Below, in pieces: positions 37,383 to 48,925 of a stretch of DNA of 64,000 nt (within the stretch, counting starts at the first letter, position 1; every line of letters starts with the position of its first letter). Made by a program: the position numbers and the translations under genes. Source of the stretch: Gammaproteobacteria bacterium (lineage in GTDB: Bacteria; Pseudomonadota; Gammaproteobacteria; Eutrophobiales; Eutrophobiaceae); assembly GCA_965221695.1 (NCBI GenBank), contig OZ244905.1:1216001-1280000 (forward strand). Reading direction: 5' to 3'. Under the pieces are notes generated by a model. That model saw nothing but the letters and a program-made list of their open reading frames with translations. It made no database searches and had not been told where the DNA came from.

Positions 37383-37739
37383 TTATTTTTTGATGATACG
37401 GCGCGGTCCTTTGCGCGTTCTCGCGTTGGTGCGGGTGCGCTGGCCGCGCAAAGGCAATCCGCGACGATGGCGGATACCCCGGTACGCTCCCAAGTCCATC
37501 AGCCGCTTAATGTTCATGGATACGTCTCTGCGCAAATCACCTTCCAATTCATATTTCGTGACTGCTGCGCGCAATAAATCCAACTGGTCTTCACTGAGCG
37601 CAGAGACCTTGACATCAGGCGCTATGCCTGCAGCGGAACAGATCTTTTGAGCCGTTGTATTGCCTATACCGTAGATATGAGTCAACGATATGCCAACATG
37701 CTTTTGATCAGGAATATTGATGCCTGCTATACGAGCCAT
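37383..37739 (-). CDS. rpsM: 30S ribosomal protein S13
   Basis: [25 protein letters not shown]. Confidence 0.98.
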   Translation of the reverse strand: MARIAGINIPDQKHVGISLTHIYGIGNTTAQKICSAAGIAPDVKVSALSEDQLDLLRAAVTKYELEGDLRRDVSMNIKRLMDLGAYRGIRHRRGLPLRGQRTRTNARTRKGPRRIIKK

Positions 37740-37830
37740 AGGTTTTCTCTCTCATGCATTTTCCGACATGGTAACGGGATTGAATTCAATCCCCGAATGA
37801 TCCCGACAGAGTCTTGTGGCGCCATGCAGG

Positions 37831-37944
37831 TCACCCCTGCCTCTGCTTGTGACGCGGGTCCGAGCAAATCACCCAAACACGGCCCCGCCTGCGAATTATG
37901 CGGCAGTTACGGCAGATCTTTTTTACCGAAGCTCTGACTTTCAT
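37831..37944 (-). CDS. rpmJ: 50S ribosomal protein L36 (zinc-binding form)
   Basis: Below ORF-track cutoff; [37 protein letters not shown]. Confidence 0.97.
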   Translation of the reverse strand: MKVRASVKKICRNCRIIRRRGRVWVICSDPRHKQRQG

Positions 37945-37956
37945 TTCACTCTCCCG

Positions 37957-39303
37957 TTACGCACGTCGGCCGTGGCTTTTCAGATTCGCTTTCTTCAAAG
38001 CGCCTTCATACTGATGTGACATCAGGTGCGCCTGGATTTGTGCCATAAAGTCCATAACCACCACCACGATGATCAATAATGAGGTCCCGCCGAAATAAAA
38101 CGGCACGTTGTACTGCAGGATCAGGAACTCCGGCAGCAGGCACACAAAAGTGATGTAGATAGCGCCGACCATGGTCAGTTTCGTCAATACCCCATCCAGA
38201 TAGCGGGCTGTTTGTTCTCCGGGTCTCATACCGGGAATGAATGCGCCTGATTTTTTCAGGTTATCCGCGGTTTCCCTGGGATCAAACACGATGGCAGTGT
38301 AGAAGAAGCAAAAGAAAATGATGCCCGCAGCATAAAATGCCACATAGATGGGCTGCCCCGGTTGAAGCAGGGTCGCCAGGTCCTGTAACCAGCGCATTTC
38401 CCGAGCCTGGCCCGCCCAGCTTGCCAGGGTGCCGGGGAACAGTATCAGGCTGGAGGCGAATATCGGGGGAATGACGCCCGCCATATTCAGTTTTAAGGGC
38501 AGGTGGCTGGACTGGCCCGCGTACATCTTCCGTCCGACCTGGCGCTGGGCATAGTTCACGGTTATCCTGCGCTGCCCGCGTTCGACAAATACGACAAAAC
38601 CTGTGACGGCAATAGCCAGGGCAAACAGGGTAAAAACCATAATCAGGTGCAGCTCGCCGGTGCGTGACAGTTCCAAGGTGCCGCCGACCGCGGCCGGCAG
38701 CCCTGCGACGATGCCTGCAAAAATGATCAGAGAGATGCCGTTGCCCACGCCCCGCTCGGTAATCTGTTCCCCCAACCACATCAGAAACATGGTTCCGGTT
38801 ACCAATGTGGTCACCGCGGTGACGCGAAAACCTATGCCCGGGTCGATCACGACAGACCCCCCCATGACTTGCTGGCTTTCCAGGGCCAACGACACGCCCA
38901 AGGCCTGGAACGTGGCCAGCAACACCGTCCCGTAGCGCGTGTATTGGGTAATCCTGCGCCGTCCTGATTCGCCTTCCCGGCGCAACTGCTTCAGGCGCGG
39001 GTCCACGAATGACAATATCTGCATGATGATTGAAGCCGATATGTAGGGCATGATGCCAAGGGCAACTACCGACAGGCGTTCCAGCGCGCCGCCGGAAAAC
39101 ATGTTGAACATATCAAGGATAGTGCCCCGTTGCTGCTCAAACAGTTGCGCCAGCGCATCCGGGTTAATCCCCGGAACGGGTATGAACGTGCAGATCCGGT
39201 AAATAAACAGAGCAAACAGGACAAAAAGCAGGCGCCGGCGCAACTCCGTCACCTGGGTCAATCCGGCCAGTCCGCCCGGTATTGCAGGATTTTTTGCCGC
39301 CAT
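37957..39303 (-). CDS. secY: Preprotein translocase SecY
   Basis: [29 protein letters not shown]. Confidence 0.98.
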   Translation of the reverse strand: MAAKNPAIPGGLAGLTQVTELRRRLLFVLFALFIYRICTFIPVPGINPDALAQLFEQQRGTILDMFNMFSGGALERLSVVALGIMPYISASIIMQILSFVDPRLKQLRREGESGRRRITQYTRYGTVLLATFQALGVSLALESQQVMGGSVVIDPGIGFRVTAVTTLVTGTMFLMWLGEQITERGVGNGISLIIFAGIVAGLPAAVGGTLELSRTGELHLIMVFTLFALAIAVTGFVVFVERGQRRITVNYAQRQVGRKMYAGQSSHLPLKLNMAGVIPPIFASSLILFPGTLASWAGQAREMRWLQDLATLLQPGQPIYVAFYAAGIIFFCFFYTAIVFDPRETADNLKKSGAFIPGMRPGEQTARYLDGVLTKLTMVGAIYITFVCLLPEFLILQYNVPFYFGGTSLLIIVVVVMDFMAQIQAHLMSHQYEGALKKANLKSHGRRA

Positions 39304-39315
39304 GCGCCGAACTCC

Positions 39316-39750
39316 CTACTCTTCGAACTTCCCGCCGGCTGCCTCAATGGCAGCCCGCGCCCCTTTTGTGGCCCGCAATCCTTTGATGGTCACCGCTTTG
39401 TCGATTGTCCCGCCAGCTATGATTTTCACCCGCTTGATTTTTCCGGAGATCAGACCGGCTTGCCGCAATGCGTTCAAATCGATGACCCCGTCGCCGGCCT
39501 GTTCCAGCTCAGCGAGGCGGATTTCATCGGTGATTCGGGCCAGATAGGACCGGAACCCGACCTTGGGGAGACGTCGCTGCAAGGGCATCTGCCCACCTTC
39601 AAAGCCCACCTTATGGTATCCGCCTGAGCGCGACTTCTGGCCTTTGTGACCACGACCCGCAGTCTTGCCGTTGCCGGATCCGATGCCTCGTCCTACCCGT
39701 TTTGCAGCGCGCTTGGAACCGCTAGCAGGTTTAATCGTATTAAGTCGCAT
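39316..39750 (-). CDS. rplO: 50S ribosomal protein L15
   Basis: [16 protein letters not shown]. Confidence 0.98.
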   Translation of the reverse strand: MRLNTIKPASGSKRAAKRVGRGIGSGNGKTAGRGHKGQKSRSGGYHKVGFEGGQMPLQRRLPKVGFRSYLARITDEIRLAELEQAGDGVIDLNALRQAGLISGKIKRVKIIAGGTIDKAVTIKGLRATKGARAAIEAAGGKFEE

Positions 39751-39768
39751 ATTGACGCCCGTATTGCC

Positions 39769-39960
39769 TCAGATTTCATCCACAGCGAGTAAATAGGCCA
39801 CTTTATCGATCATACCGCGGTTTTCCGGGTTATCAGCCACCGTTACCGAATGGCCTATGCGGCGCAACCCCAGCCCCGCAACACAGGCTTTGTGTTTTGC
39901 GGTCCTGCGATTGACGCTGCGTTTCAGCGTGACCTTAAGCTGTTTCGTTTTTCTTGTCAT
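39769..39960 (-). CDS. rpmD: 50S ribosomal protein L30
   Basis: [17 protein letters not shown]. Confidence 0.96.
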   Translation of the reverse strand: MTRKTKQLKVTLKRSVNRRTAKHKACVAGLGLRRIGHSVTVADNPENRGMIDKVAYLLAVDEI

Positions 39961-40469
39961 GATTTACCGGTAATTTCCTCTAACGGTTTACCGCGTTTTG
40001 CCGCAAAATATTCCGGTTCCGATATCGAACGCAGACCTTGCATCGTCGAGCGAACCACGTTAATCGGATTGGTCGAACCGGTACATTTCGCCAACACATT
40101 ATGGATGCCGGCGCATTCGAACACCGCCCGCATGGCGCCGCCGGCAATGATGCCAGTGCCTTCGGATGCGGGTTGCATGTACACCCGGGCAGCGCCGTGC
40201 CGCGCGCTCACCGCGTAATGCAGGGTATCGCCGTTAAGCGGGATGCTGATCATGTTCCGGCGCGCTTTTTCCATCGCCTTCTGTATCGCCATCGGCACCT
40301 CGCGAGCTTTGCCGCGACCGAAGCCAACCTTGCCGTTGCCATCGCCAACCACGGTCAACGCGGTAAAACCGAATATACGTCCGCCCTTGACGACCTTGGC
40401 CACCCGGTTGACCGCAACCAGTTTCTCCAGTAAGTCTTCGTTTCCAGTAATGGATTCTGCTACTGCCAT
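39957..40469 (-). CDS. rpsE: 30S ribosomal protein S5
   Basis: [20 protein letters not shown]. Confidence 0.98.
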   Translation of the reverse strand: MAVAESITGNEDLLEKLVAVNRVAKVVKGGRIFGFTALTVVGDGNGKVGFGRGKAREVPMAIQKAMEKARRNMISIPLNGDTLHYAVSARHGAARVYMQPASEGTGIIAGGAMRAVFECAGIHNVLAKCTGSTNPINVVRSTMQGLRSISEPEYFAAKRGKPLEEITGKS

Positions 40470-40491
40470 GCTGATTCTCTCTCTTCGCCTG

Positions 40492-40845
40492 TCAGAATTT
40501 CATGCCTTTCGCCCTGGCTGCGTCCGCCAGCGCTTTTACCCTGCCGTGGAACTTGAAGCCGGAACGGTCAAAAGCAACTACGCTGATACCGGCCTTCAGG
40601 GCGCGTTCCGCAACCACCTGGCCCACTACATCGGCAGCTTCTTTGTTGCCGCCGCTTTTGACCTTGGCGCGTATTTCCTTGTCCAGGGTAGACGCGCTTA
40701 CCAGCACTTCAGCGCCGCTCGGCGCGATCACCTGCGCATAGATATGCCTGGTTGTGCGGAATACGCACAGGCGGTTCACGCCCTTCGACTTGATGCGCCT
40801 GCGTGACTTTACCGCTCTCCTTAACCTTGCTGTCTTCTTTTTCAT
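40492..40845 (-). CDS. rplR: 50S ribosomal protein L18
   Basis: [19 protein letters not shown]. Confidence 0.97.
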   Translation of the reverse strand: MKKKTARLRRAVKSRRRIKSKGVNRLCVFRTTRHIYAQVIAPSGAEVLVSASTLDKEIRAKVKSGGNKEAADVVGQVVAERALKAGISVVAFDRSGFKFHGRVKALADAARAKGMKF

Positions 40846-40860
40846 ACGGGTTAATCCGAA

Positions 40861-41394
40861 TCAAGCCTTCTTCGCTTCTTTGCGCAGGACCTGTTCATCA
40901 GCGTAACGCACACCCTTCCCCTTATAAGGCTCAGGCGGCCGGTAACTGCGCAGGTTCGCGGCCACCTGACCGACCTTCTGCTTATCAGCTCCGCTCACCA
41001 CGATCTGGGTCTGGCTGGGAGTTTCAATGGTGATTCCGGCGGGAACATCCAGTTCCACCGGATGGGAAAACCCAAGGGACAGGCTGATACTACCCGGGTT
41101 TGCCTGCGCCCGATACCCTATGCCGGTGATCTCGAGCTTTATCTCAAAACCTTCTGACACGCCAGTGACCATATTCTGCATAATCGCTCTTGTCGTCCCG
41201 GCCAGGGACCGGGCTGTTTTGGAACTATCCTTTGCCGAGAACTTCAGCAGTTTGCCGTCCTGTTCCATATTCACCAGCGCGTGTAGCGTATGGGTCAGTT
41301 CGCCTTTTCCACCCTTGATACTCACCTGTTCGCCGTTCATGTTGACTTCAACATTGTCCGGGACGGTTATCGGATTGTTGGCTATTCTCGACAT
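40861..41394 (-). CDS. rplF: 50S ribosomal protein L6
   Basis: LGFSHPV, PEPYKGKGVRY. Confidence 0.98.
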   Translation of the reverse strand: MSRIANNPITVPDNVEVNMNGEQVSIKGGKGELTHTLHALVNMEQDGKLLKFSAKDSSKTARSLAGTTRAIMQNMVTGVSEGFEIKLEITGIGYRAQANPGSISLSLGFSHPVELDVPAGITIETPSQTQIVVSGADKQKVGQVAANLRSYRPPEPYKGKGVRYADEQVLRKEAKKA

Positions 41395-41473
41395 GTTTTA
41401 TCTCAGCATGGATAATGTGCAATATCTCTATCTGTTGTTGTCTTTCTCTAGGCGGTCCGGCGTAATATCCGGT

Positions 41474-41869
41474 CTAAGCCACGATGCAGATAACCTCGCC
41501 GCCAATTCCCAACTGCCTGGCGCTCCTGTCCGTCATAACGCCTTTAGATGTGGAGATGATAGCCGTGCCCAAGCCCCCATATACCCGGGGCAACTTGTCA
41601 CAGGAACTGTAACGGCGCAAACCGGGCGAACTCACGCGCTGCAACATCTCGATCACGGGCTTGCCCTCAAAATATTTCAGTTGCACAGTCAGCACCGGCT
41701 TGGCCTGATCGTCGCTCGCGCTAAAGTTGGCAATATAGCCCTCTTCGTGCAGAATTTTGGCAACGGCCAGTTTCAACTTTGACGAAGGCATACTGACTTC
41801 CCGCTTCAGCCTCTCCTGGGCGTTGCGCACCCGGGTCAGCATGTCTGCTACTTGATCCTGTAAACTCAT
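41474..41869 (-). CDS. rpsH: 30S ribosomal protein S8
   Basis: [19 protein letters not shown]. Confidence 0.98.
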   Translation of the reverse strand: MSLQDQVADMLTRVRNAQERLKREVSMPSSKLKLAVAKILHEEGYIANFSASDDQAKPVLTVQLKYFEGKPVIEMLQRVSSPGLRRYSSCDKLPRVYGGLGTAIISTSKGVMTDRSARQLGIGGEVICIVA

Positions 41870-41896
41870 CTCATATTTGCTCTTTGTGTCGGCAAC

Positions 41897-42202
41897 TTAC
41901 CAACTTGCCTTGACCAGACCGGGTACATCGCCGCGCATGGCCGCCTCGCGCAACATGTTCCTACCCAGTCCGAATTTACGGTAATACCCGTTCGGCCGCC
42001 CCGTTAAGCTGCACCGATTCCTTAACCGGGAGGGGCTAGAATCTCTGGGCATTTTATTCAGTTTTATCCTGGCCTCCTTGCGTTCTTGCGAGGTCAACGA
42101 CATATCTTTGATAATGCGTTTTAAAGCCGCGCGTTTTTCTGCGTATTTTTCAACCAGCCGCTCCCTTTTGCGTTCCCGGTTAACCATTGATCTTTTTGCC
42201 AT
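41897..42202 (-). CDS. rpsN: 30S ribosomal protein S14 (101-aa form)
   Basis: [18 protein letters not shown]. Confidence 0.98.
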   Translation of the reverse strand: MAKRSMVNRERKRERLVEKYAEKRAALKRIIKDMSLTSQERKEARIKLNKMPRDSSPSRLRNRCSLTGRPNGYYRKFGLGRNMLREAAMRGDVPGLVKASW

Positions 42203-42229
42203 AAATCTGTTCTGCCTTGTGTGGGCGGG

Positions 42230-42769
42230 TTAACTCCTAAGCGGAAAATTAAATGCCTGTAGCAAGGCCTTTGCCTCCTCGTCGGTGTTTGCCGAAGTTG
42301 TAATCGTTATGTCCAGACCGCGCAACGTATCAATCTTGTCATAATCGATTTCAGGAAAAATGATCTGTTCCTTAACGCCCAGGCTGTAATTACCGCGCCC
42401 GTCAAATGACCGCGGGTTCAAGCCGCGAAAATCCCTGATCCTGGGAATTGCTATTGAAATAAGCCGATCCAGGAACTCATACATGCGATCACGGCGCAGC
42501 GTGACCATGCAACCGTTTGGAAAACCCTTTCTGACCTTGAAGTTCGCCACGGACTTCCTGGCCTTAATCAGTATCGGTTTCTGCCCGGCGATACGCGCCA
42601 TGTCATCCAGCGCATGTTCAATCATTTTTTTATCGGTCATCGCCTTGCCTAATCCCATGTTCAAGGTGATCTTGGTTATCTTTGGCGCCTGCATCGGCGA
42701 TGTATAGCCAAATTGTTCCATCAGTTGCGGGGCAACTGTGTTCCGATAATGTTCTTTAAATCTTGACAT
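42230..42769 (-). CDS. rplE: 50S ribosomal protein L5
   Basis: [23 protein letters not shown]; start placed at MSRFKE. Confidence 0.97.
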   Translation of the reverse strand: MSRFKEHYRNTVAPQLMEQFGYTSPMQAPKITKITLNMGLGKAMTDKKMIEHALDDMARIAGQKPILIKARKSVANFKVRKGFPNGCMVTLRRDRMYEFLDRLISIAIPRIRDFRGLNPRSFDGRGNYSLGVKEQIIFPEIDYDKIDTLRGLDITITTSANTDEEAKALLQAFNFPLRS

Positions 42770-42783
42770 TCTGAGAACGCCGC

Positions 42784-43104
42784 TCAAACATCGACCACTT
42801 CGTTATTGGACTTGAAATAACGGACCTTGCGGCCGTCCTCCAAAAATCTGAATCCGATACGGTCCGGCCTGTTGGACACCGGATTCCACAAAGCAATATT
42901 GGATATCGAAAACGGCATCTCCTTCTCGATAATGCCGCCAGGGGTTCCGCGTGCAGGATTGCCCTTGGTGTGGCGTTTGGCCATGTTGACATTTTCGACT
43001 ACGACCTTGTGATTACTCATATTGACATTCAGCACCAGACCGCGTTTGCCCTTGTCTTTGCCGGCAATCACGACAACTTCATCACCTTTTCTTATCCTGT
43101 TCAT
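42784..43104 (-). CDS. rplX: 50S ribosomal protein L24
   Basis: [14 protein letters not shown]. Confidence 0.98.
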   Translation of the reverse strand: MNRIRKGDEVVVIAGKDKGKRGLVLNVNMSNHKVVVENVNMAKRHTKGNPARGTPGGIIEKEMPFSISNIALWNPVSNRPDRIGFRFLEDGRKVRYFKSNNEVVDV

Positions 43105-43118
43105 GATCGGCGCTCCAA

Positions 43119-43487
43119 CTACAGGACCTCGGGCGCAAGAGAAACGATTTTCATAAAATTCTCACTCCTCAACTCACGGGTAACCGGGCCGAATATCCGG
43201 GTGCCGATTGGCTGCAACTGGTTATTGAGCAGCACTGCGGCATTGCTGTCGAATCGAATCAGCGAACCATCCGGCCTTCTGACTCCCTTTCTGGTGCGCA
43301 CGACTACTGCGTTGTACAGCTCTCCTTTTTTTACCTTGCTTCTCGGGACGGCCTCCTTGATGCTGACCTTTATCACGTCGCCAACCCGGGCATAGCGCCT
43401 TTTCGAACCGCCCAGGACTTTAACGCACATGAGCCGGCGCGCGCCGCTGTTGTCAGCGGCTCCCAATACTGTTTGCATCTGGATCAT
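43119..43487 (-). CDS. rplN: 50S ribosomal protein L14
   Basis: [21 protein letters not shown]. Confidence 0.98.
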   Translation of the reverse strand: MIQMQTVLGAADNSGARRLMCVKVLGGSKRRYARVGDVIKVSIKEAVPRSKVKKGELYNAVVVRTRKGVRRPDGSLIRFDSNAAVLLNNQLQPIGTRIFGPVTRELRSENFMKIVSLAPEVL

Positions 43488-43506
43488 TGTTGCGCTCCGT
43501 CCGGTA

Positions 43507-43773
43507 TCATATTTCCTGGGCTTTGCTTACGATACTACGCAAGCGCCAAGCCTTGTTCTTGGAAATGGGCCTGGACGCTTCTATTATCACCATATCGCCT
43601 TGTTTGCACTCGTTATTTTCATCATGGGCAAGCAACTTGGTAGTGCGCCGTATATATTTGCCATATAGCGGATGCTTTACGGTCCTTTGGATATTGACGG
43701 CAATCGACTTGTCCATCTTGCTGCTCACAACTTTGCCGGTCAGTGTCCTGGCTGTGTTCCCGGTTTCACTCAT
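43507..43773 (-). CDS. rpsQ: 30S ribosomal protein S17
   Basis: KMDKS, HPLYGK, AHDE. Confidence 0.98.
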   Translation of the reverse strand: MSETGNTARTLTGKVVSSKMDKSIAVNIQRTVKHPLYGKYIRRTTKLLAHDENNECKQGDMVIIEASRPISKNKAWRLRSIVSKAQEI

Positions 43774-43963
43774 CTTGTTTCGCCTTCTCGTTTAATACAG
43801 TCTTAATCCTGGCAATTTCCCGCCGCACTTTCTTGAAATGGCTCGGGTTGCCAAGCTGGCCAGAACCTTTCTGCATACGCAGGTTGAACTGTTCGCGCAG
43901 TTGCTCCACGAGCAACTCCTGCAGTTCACTAGGGGTCCTGGCTCTCAGTTCTGCGGCTTTCAT
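43766..43963 (-). CDS. rpmC: 50S ribosomal protein L29
   Basis: [17 protein letters not shown]. Confidence 0.97.
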   Translation of the reverse strand: MKAAELRARTPSELQELLVEQLREQFNLRMQKGSGQLGNPSHFKKVRREIARIKTVLNEKAKQDE

Positions 43964-44376
43964 CACAAAATCGTCCTGTTAACGAACACCGTTTTGACCG
44001 GCAGTTTGGCCGAAGCGAGTTTGAAGGCATCTCTTGCCAGCTCTTCCGATACACCTTCAATCTCATACAACACCTTGCCGGGCCGAATAACGGAAACCCA
44101 GTATTCGACATTGCCCTTGCCCTTGCCCTGACGAACCTCAAGAGGTTTTGTCGTTATCGGCTTGTCCGGGAAAATTCGGATCCAGACCTTACCTCCGCGC
44201 TTGACTTTACGAGTGATCGTTCTGCGAGCAGCCTCAATCTGGCGCGCGGTGATGCGTCCGCGGGTTGTCGCTTTGAGTCCGAACTCGCCGAAACTAACCT
44301 TGTTGCCATTGCCGGCAAGCCCGCGATTCCTACCCTTGCTCTGTTTTCTGAATTTAGTTCGTTTCGGTTGTAACAT
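43963..44376 (-). CDS. rplP: 50S ribosomal protein L16
   Basis: [18 protein letters not shown]. Confidence 0.98.
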   Translation of the reverse strand: MLQPKRTKFRKQSKGRNRGLAGNGNKVSFGEFGLKATTRGRITARQIEAARRTITRKVKRGGKVWIRIFPDKPITTKPLEVRQGKGKGNVEYWVSVIRPGKVLYEIEGVSEELARDAFKLASAKLPVKTVFVNRTIL

Positions 44377-44380
44377 GGGT

Positions 44381-45052
44381 TCAGCTCCCGATTACAGGCG
44401 CATCGTCCTCACTCTGGTCTTGCCCGTTGAATACTTCACCCTTGAATATCCATACCTTCACGCCGATAACGCCATAGGTCGTATTCGAGTTGGCGACACC
44501 GTAATCAATATCGGCCCGCAAGGTATGCAAGGGCACACGCCCTTCCCGATACCATTCCGAACGGGCTATTTCCGCGCCGTTCAGCCGGCCACTGACACAA
44601 ATTTTTATACCTAACGCGCCAAGCCTCATGGTATTGGTCACCGCCCGTTTCATGGCTCGCCTGAACATGATCTTCCTCTCGATCTGCTGGGCAACACTCT
44701 CCGCCACCAAGCTCGCGTCCAGTTCGGGCTTCCTGATTTCCTGCACGCTGACCTTCGCCCTGACTCCCATCATCCGCGAGACCTCCTGACTTAAACGCTC
44801 AATATCCTCCCCCTTCTTGCCAATCACGATGCCGGGCCTTGCGCTGTGTATGATCACCTTGATTTCGTTGGGAGGACGTTCGATCTGGATGCGGCTCACC
44901 GATGCGTTGACCAGTTTTTTTCTCAGATATTTACGCACCTGCAAGTCCGTATTCAGGTACTTGGCATAATTTTTCGAGTCGGCGTACCAGGTGGAAGTCC
45001 AATCCTTGATAATGCCGATACGGATTCCCGTAGGATGTACTTTCTGCCCCAT
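44381..45052 (-). CDS. rpsC: 30S ribosomal protein S3
   Basis: [21 protein letters not shown]. Confidence 0.98.
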   Translation of the reverse strand: MGQKVHPTGIRIGIIKDWTSTWYADSKNYAKYLNTDLQVRKYLRKKLVNASVSRIQIERPPNEIKVIIHSARPGIVIGKKGEDIERLSQEVSRMMGVRAKVSVQEIRKPELDASLVAESVAQQIERKIMFRRAMKRAVTNTMRLGALGIKICVSGRLNGAEIARSEWYREGRVPLHTLRADIDYGVANSNTTYGVIGVKVWIFKGEVFNGQDQSEDDAPVIGS

Positions 45053-45058
45053 GCTGTT

Positions 45059-45394
45059 TTACTCTGTTTTCTCTGTGACCGTTATGACCAGGTGACTCGT
45101 GCGCTTGAAAATCCTGTCCGCGCGTCCGCGCGCTCGGGTGCGCAAGCGTTTGTGGGTTGGCCCCTTGTCAACGCTGATTGCGCTGATTTTCAGTTCGTCT
45201 ATATCAGCAGCCTCGTTGTGTTCGGCATTTGCGATCGCCGACTCGAGAACTTTTTTGACGATGGCGGCGGCTTTCTTATTGCTGTAAGCCAGGATATTAA
45301 TTGCCCGCTCCACCGGCAGGCCGCGCACCTGATCGGCGACCAGGCGCAGTTTCTGTGGCGCCATCCGCACATATTTAAGACATGCTGTCGTCAT
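45059..45394 (-). CDS. rplV: 50S ribosomal protein L22
   Basis: [19 protein letters not shown]. Confidence 0.98.
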   Translation of the reverse strand: MTTACLKYVRMAPQKLRLVADQVRGLPVERAINILAYSNKKAAAIVKKVLESAIANAEHNEAADIDELKISAISVDKGPTHKRLRTRARGRADRIFKRTSHLVITVTEKTE

Positions 45395-45410
45395 GTTCTA
45401 TCGCTTCTGC

Positions 45411-45686
45411 CTACTTTGTGGTTTTTTTATCGGCGGCGTGGCCGCGGAATGTCCGGGTAATGGCAAATTCACCCAGTTTGTGGCCGACCATGTTCTCGGT
45501 GATGAACACCGGCACGTGGTCGCGTCCGTTATGTATCGCTATGGTCAGCCCGACCATGTCCGGCACTATCATCGATCTCCTGGACCAGGTCTTAATCGGG
45601 CGCTTATCACTTTTCTCCCTGGCAGTCTCTACCTTGGCCATCAGGTGATGGTCTATGAACGGCCCTTTTTTAATCGAACGCGGCAT
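45411..45686 (-). CDS. rpsS: 30S ribosomal protein S19
   Basis: [18 protein letters not shown]. Confidence 0.98.
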   Translation of the reverse strand: MPRSIKKGPFIDHHLMAKVETAREKSDKRPIKTWSRRSMIVPDMVGLTIAIHNGRDHVPVFITENMVGHKLGEFAITRTFRGHAADKKTTK

Positions 45687-46510
45687 CACTGTTTCCTTTT
45701 ACGAATAATCATGTTGTCGGTGCGCTTGTTTTTCCTCGTCTTGTAACCCTTGGTCGGGTAGCCCCAGGGCGTGCACGGGTGCCGCCCGCCTGATGAACGT
45801 CCTTCGCCACCGCCATGGGGGTGGTCAACCGGGTTCATAGCCACGCCGCGCACCGTGGGCCGTATCCCGCGCCAACGTTTGGCCCCGGCCTTGCCCAGTT
45901 TTTGCAACGAATGCTCAACATTGCTTGCCTCGCCGATGCTGGCCCGGCAATCCAGCGACGCTTTCCTCACCTCGCCCGAGCGCAGGCGCAAGGTTGCATG
46001 TGAACCTTCCCGCGCAACCAACTGCACAGCCGCGCCAGCGCTGCGAGCGAGCTGCGCGCCCTTGCCGGGCTTCAATTCCACGCAATGGATGGTGGCGCCC
46101 ACCGGAATATTGCGCAGCGGTAAACAGTTCCCGGGCGCAATATCGGCGCGCGGCCCGGACATCAGGACCGCTCCGACCCCGACCCGCGCCGGGGCAATGA
46201 TGTAACGGCGCTCGCCGTCCGCATAACATAACAGAGCAATGTGCGCGGTGCGGTTGGGATCGTATTCAATTCGCTCTACCCTGGCTTCTATGCCGTCTTT
46301 GTCCCGCTTGAAATCGATAATTCGATAGCGTTGTTTAGCGCCGCCGCCCCGATGTCTTACAGTAATCCGGCCATGATTGTTGCGACCCGCGGTCCTGCCC
46401 TGCTTTTCGACGAGCGGCTGGTACGGAGCGCCCTTGTGCAGGCCCGGATTGACCACCTTGACCATGCCGCGACGGCCGGGCGATGTGGGTTTAGGGTTGA
46501 CTAACGGCAT
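45686..46510 (-). CDS. rplB: 50S ribosomal protein L2
   Basis: [19 protein letters not shown]. Confidence 0.98.
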   Translation of the reverse strand: MPLVNPKPTSPGRRGMVKVVNPGLHKGAPYQPLVEKQGRTAGRNNHGRITVRHRGGGAKQRYRIIDFKRDKDGIEARVERIEYDPNRTAHIALLCYADGERRYIIAPARVGVGAVLMSGPRADIAPGNCLPLRNIPVGATIHCVELKPGKGAQLARSAGAAVQLVAREGSHATLRLRSGEVRKASLDCRASIGEASNVEHSLQKLGKAGAKRWRGIRPTVRGVAMNPVDHPHGGGEGRSSGGRHPCTPWGYPTKGYKTRKNKRTDNMIIRKRKQ

Positions 46511-46522
46511 TTCTCATCTCTC

Positions 46523-46819
46523 CTATGCGCCCATAAAGTCTATATCGAACCCGGGTTTCAGCCTGACGTAGGCCTTCTTCCAGTCCGGACGTTTGCCGGG
46601 GGCGCGCCGGAACATCTTGCTCTTGCCGCGCACGTTCAAAACCTGAACCGACTCGACTTCAACCTCGAACATTTTCTCCACAGCTTTTCTGATCTCCGGT
46701 TTGCTGGCGTCACGCATGACCTTAAACACGAATTGCCCGTGTTTATCCGCAGTATATGTGCTTTTTTCCGTCACGCGCGGTTCCAGCAGAACTTTCATCA
46801 GCCTTTCGTCAGTCATCAT
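46523..46819 (-). CDS. rplW: 50S ribosomal protein L23
   Basis: P.VTEK, WKKAYVRL. Confidence 0.97.
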   Translation of the reverse strand: MMTDERLMKVLLEPRVTEKSTYTADKHGQFVFKVMRDASKPEIRKAVEKMFEVEVESVQVLNVRGKSKMFRRAPGKRPDWKKAYVRLKPGFDIDFMGA

Positions 46820-46860
46820 CCCGGCCTGTGCATTGTGTCTTTCAGAAAGTAATTCACAGT

Positions 46861-47052
46861 TTACCCTCCTGTTTCAGAGCTTATGTGCTGACTCGGGCGA
46901 AGATCCTGTTTTAGCAGCGGCCAAGCGTCTTCATAGGGCATAATATCTTCGTGTCCGTGCTTGGTAGAGTGCCAGTGGGCGTCTATACCATCCCACCCAT
47001 TTCCCTGAAAAACATGACCGCACTCAGGACATATCTTGCGTTCATCTGTCAT
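46861..47052 (-). CDS. 63-aa CxxC/His (C2H2 zinc-finger-like) hypothetical protein inserted in the S10 operon
   Basis: CPEC-x14-H-x-H-x3-H-x-H; fills the rplD-rplW gap, start overlaps the rplD stop, purine-rich RBS-like tract upstream. Confidence 0.72.
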   Translation of the reverse strand: MTDERKICPECGHVFQGNGWDGIDAHWHSTKHGHEDIMPYEDAWPLLKQDLRPSQHISSETGG

Positions 47053-47701
47053 CTGAGCCCTTTCCCCCGTCTTCTGTCTTCTGTGCGCCTAACCATTTTT
47101 CTACTGATTTCAGGGCTGGCTTGGTTATCAGCGCCCGGTCAAACCCGATCAGCGAATAAGGATCGAGCTCATGGACGCTGATGACGGCCACGCGGGCCAA
47201 GTTACGGGTCGACAAGCGCAGTTCCTCGCTGATGGTATCGGTAATGATCAATACTTCTTCCAGGCCCAGTTCTGCCAGCATTGCCAGCGCAGCTTTTGTT
47301 TTGGCCGAATCGATATTCAATTTATCGATGCACAGCAGTCGCTCCTGGCGAACCAGTTCCGAAAAGATGGCGCGCAGCGCGCCACGGTACATTTTCCTGT
47401 TTATTTTCCTGGCGTGCCGACGCTGATTGTTTGTGAAGGTGACACCGCCTCCACGCCACAGCGGACTCCGGATAGTGCCTGCCCTGGCCCGACCCAGACC
47501 CTTCTGGCGCCAAGGCTTTTTTCCGCCTCCTCTTACGGCCGAACGGTTTTTCATCGACTTGGCCGCTGATCTGCCCGTCGCCAGGTAAGCAGTCAGCGCC
47601 TGGTGCACCAGAGGCTCATTGTATGCGACGGCAAATACCTCATCGGCGACGGTGATGCTTCCCGTCTGTTTCTTTCCCGCTTTGTGCAATACCAGTTTCA
47701 C
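47042..47701 (-). CDS. rplD: 50S ribosomal protein L4
   Basis: GGGKKPWRQKG.GRARAG.IRSPLWRGGG; GTG start at 47701 after GGGAGGG. Confidence 0.97.
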   Translation of the reverse strand: MKLVLHKAGKKQTGSITVADEVFAVAYNEPLVHQALTAYLATGRSAAKSMKNRSAVRGGGKKPWRQKGLGRARAGTIRSPLWRGGGVTFTNNQRRHARKINRKMYRGALRAIFSELVRQERLLCIDKLNIDSAKTKAALAMLAELGLEEVLIITDTISEELRLSTRNLARVAVISVHELDPYSLIGFDRALITKPALKSVEKWLGAQKTEDGGKGSDDR

Positions 47702-47717
47702 CCTAGCCCTCCCGCAT

Positions 47718-48359
47718 TCAGAGCGACTTGACCGAAGGCCTGACAACCAGGGTTCCGCCTGCCGCGCCAGGCACGGATCCCTTGACCAGCACCAGGTTCC
47801 GATCCGGGTCAACCTTGATAACTTCCAGGTTCTGCGCAGTCTGTTTTACATTGCCCATATGTCCCGCCATCTTCTTGCCGGGGAAAACCCGACCGGGCGA
47901 CTGGTTCTGCCCTATCGAGCCGGGAGCCCGATGCGCGCGGGAATTGCCGTGACTATTGCGCTGGCTGCTGAAGTTGTGCCGCTTTATCACACCCGCATAA
48001 CCTTTTCCGATTGTCTTTCCCGTTACATCCACTTTCTGCCCGACCTGGAAAATCTCCACAGTGATGTCCGAACCGGTAGCGAATTCTTCGCCCTCGCTAC
48101 CATTCAGCCTGAATTCGTGTAAACCCTCAGCGGTCTCGACCCCGGCTCTGGCCAGCGCGCCCACCAAGGGTTTGTTGATCAGGCTGCGGCGTTTGCTCCC
48201 ATAAGCGACCTGCAACGCACTGTAACCACGCTGTTCATCAGTCGCCAGAGCGGTAACCCTGTTAGGGGTCGCCTCAATCACCGTTACCGGCACGGACTGG
48301 CCGGCTTCGGTAAATATCCGGGTCATGCCCCGCTTTTTGCCTACGATGCCAATCGTCAT
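47718..48359 (-). CDS. rplC: 50S ribosomal protein L3
   Basis: K.GMTRIF, HGNS..HR.PGSIGQ, KGSVPG. Confidence 0.98.
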   Translation of the reverse strand: MTIGIVGKKRGMTRIFTEAGQSVPVTVIEATPNRVTALATDEQRGYSALQVAYGSKRRSLINKPLVGALARAGVETAEGLHEFRLNGSEGEEFATGSDITVEIFQVGQKVDVTGKTIGKGYAGVIKRHNFSSQRNSHGNSRAHRAPGSIGQNQSPGRVFPGKKMAGHMGNVKQTAQNLEVIKVDPDRNLVLVKGSVPGAAGGTLVVRPSVKSL

Positions 48360-48418
48360 AATACTCACACCCGTTGCGAGCTCTTACCTTTGTTATGTAA
48401 ATTTTGCCAACTGACCTG

Positions 48419-48521
48419 CGCCCCACACCATTCCTGGATAAACGGGAATCCAGTAGAACAAAGGGTCGCTCTCCGGGCGACACTGTATTTGACTGGACTC
48501 CCGCTGCTGCGGGAGTGGCAC
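48419..48521. repeat. Composite palindromic repeat between rpsJ and rplC
   Basis: CCATTCC..AAACGGGAATCCAGT-linker-ACTGGACTCCCGCTGCTGCGGGAGTGG, same family as 9961-10110. Confidence 0.82.
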
Positions 48522-48583
48522 AAGGGAATGCCCTGACCTGTGCCAACAGTTACATGCTTGTGCAAAGACTTGATCATGGAGGT

Positions 48584-48898
48584 TTAGCTCAGCCTGATCT
48601 GGACATCCACGCCTGCGGCAAGGTCCAGTTTCATCAACGCGTCAACCGTCTTGTCAGTGGGGTTGACGATGTCCACCAGGCGCTTATGAGTCCTGATTTC
48701 ATACTGATCTCTGGCATCCTTGTTCACGTGGGGCGATATCAGCACCGTATATCGCTCTTTTTTTGTCGGCAACGGGATAGGGCCTTTCACATGGGCGCCG
48801 GTGCGGCGCGCAGTCTCGACGATTTCCCGGGTCGACTGATCGATCAGCCGATGGTCGAACGCTTTCAATCTTATTCGTATAACCTGTTCTGTTGCCAT
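48584..48898 (-). CDS. rpsJ: 30S ribosomal protein S10
   Basis: [25 protein letters not shown]. Confidence 0.98.
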   Translation of the reverse strand: MATEQVIRIRLKAFDHRLIDQSTREIVETARRTGAHVKGPIPLPTKKERYTVLISPHVNKDARDQYEIRTHKRLVDIVNPTDKTVDALMKLDLAAGVDVQIRLS

Positions 48899-48925
48899 GA
48901 TTTTTCGCTCTATAACCGGGTCTGC

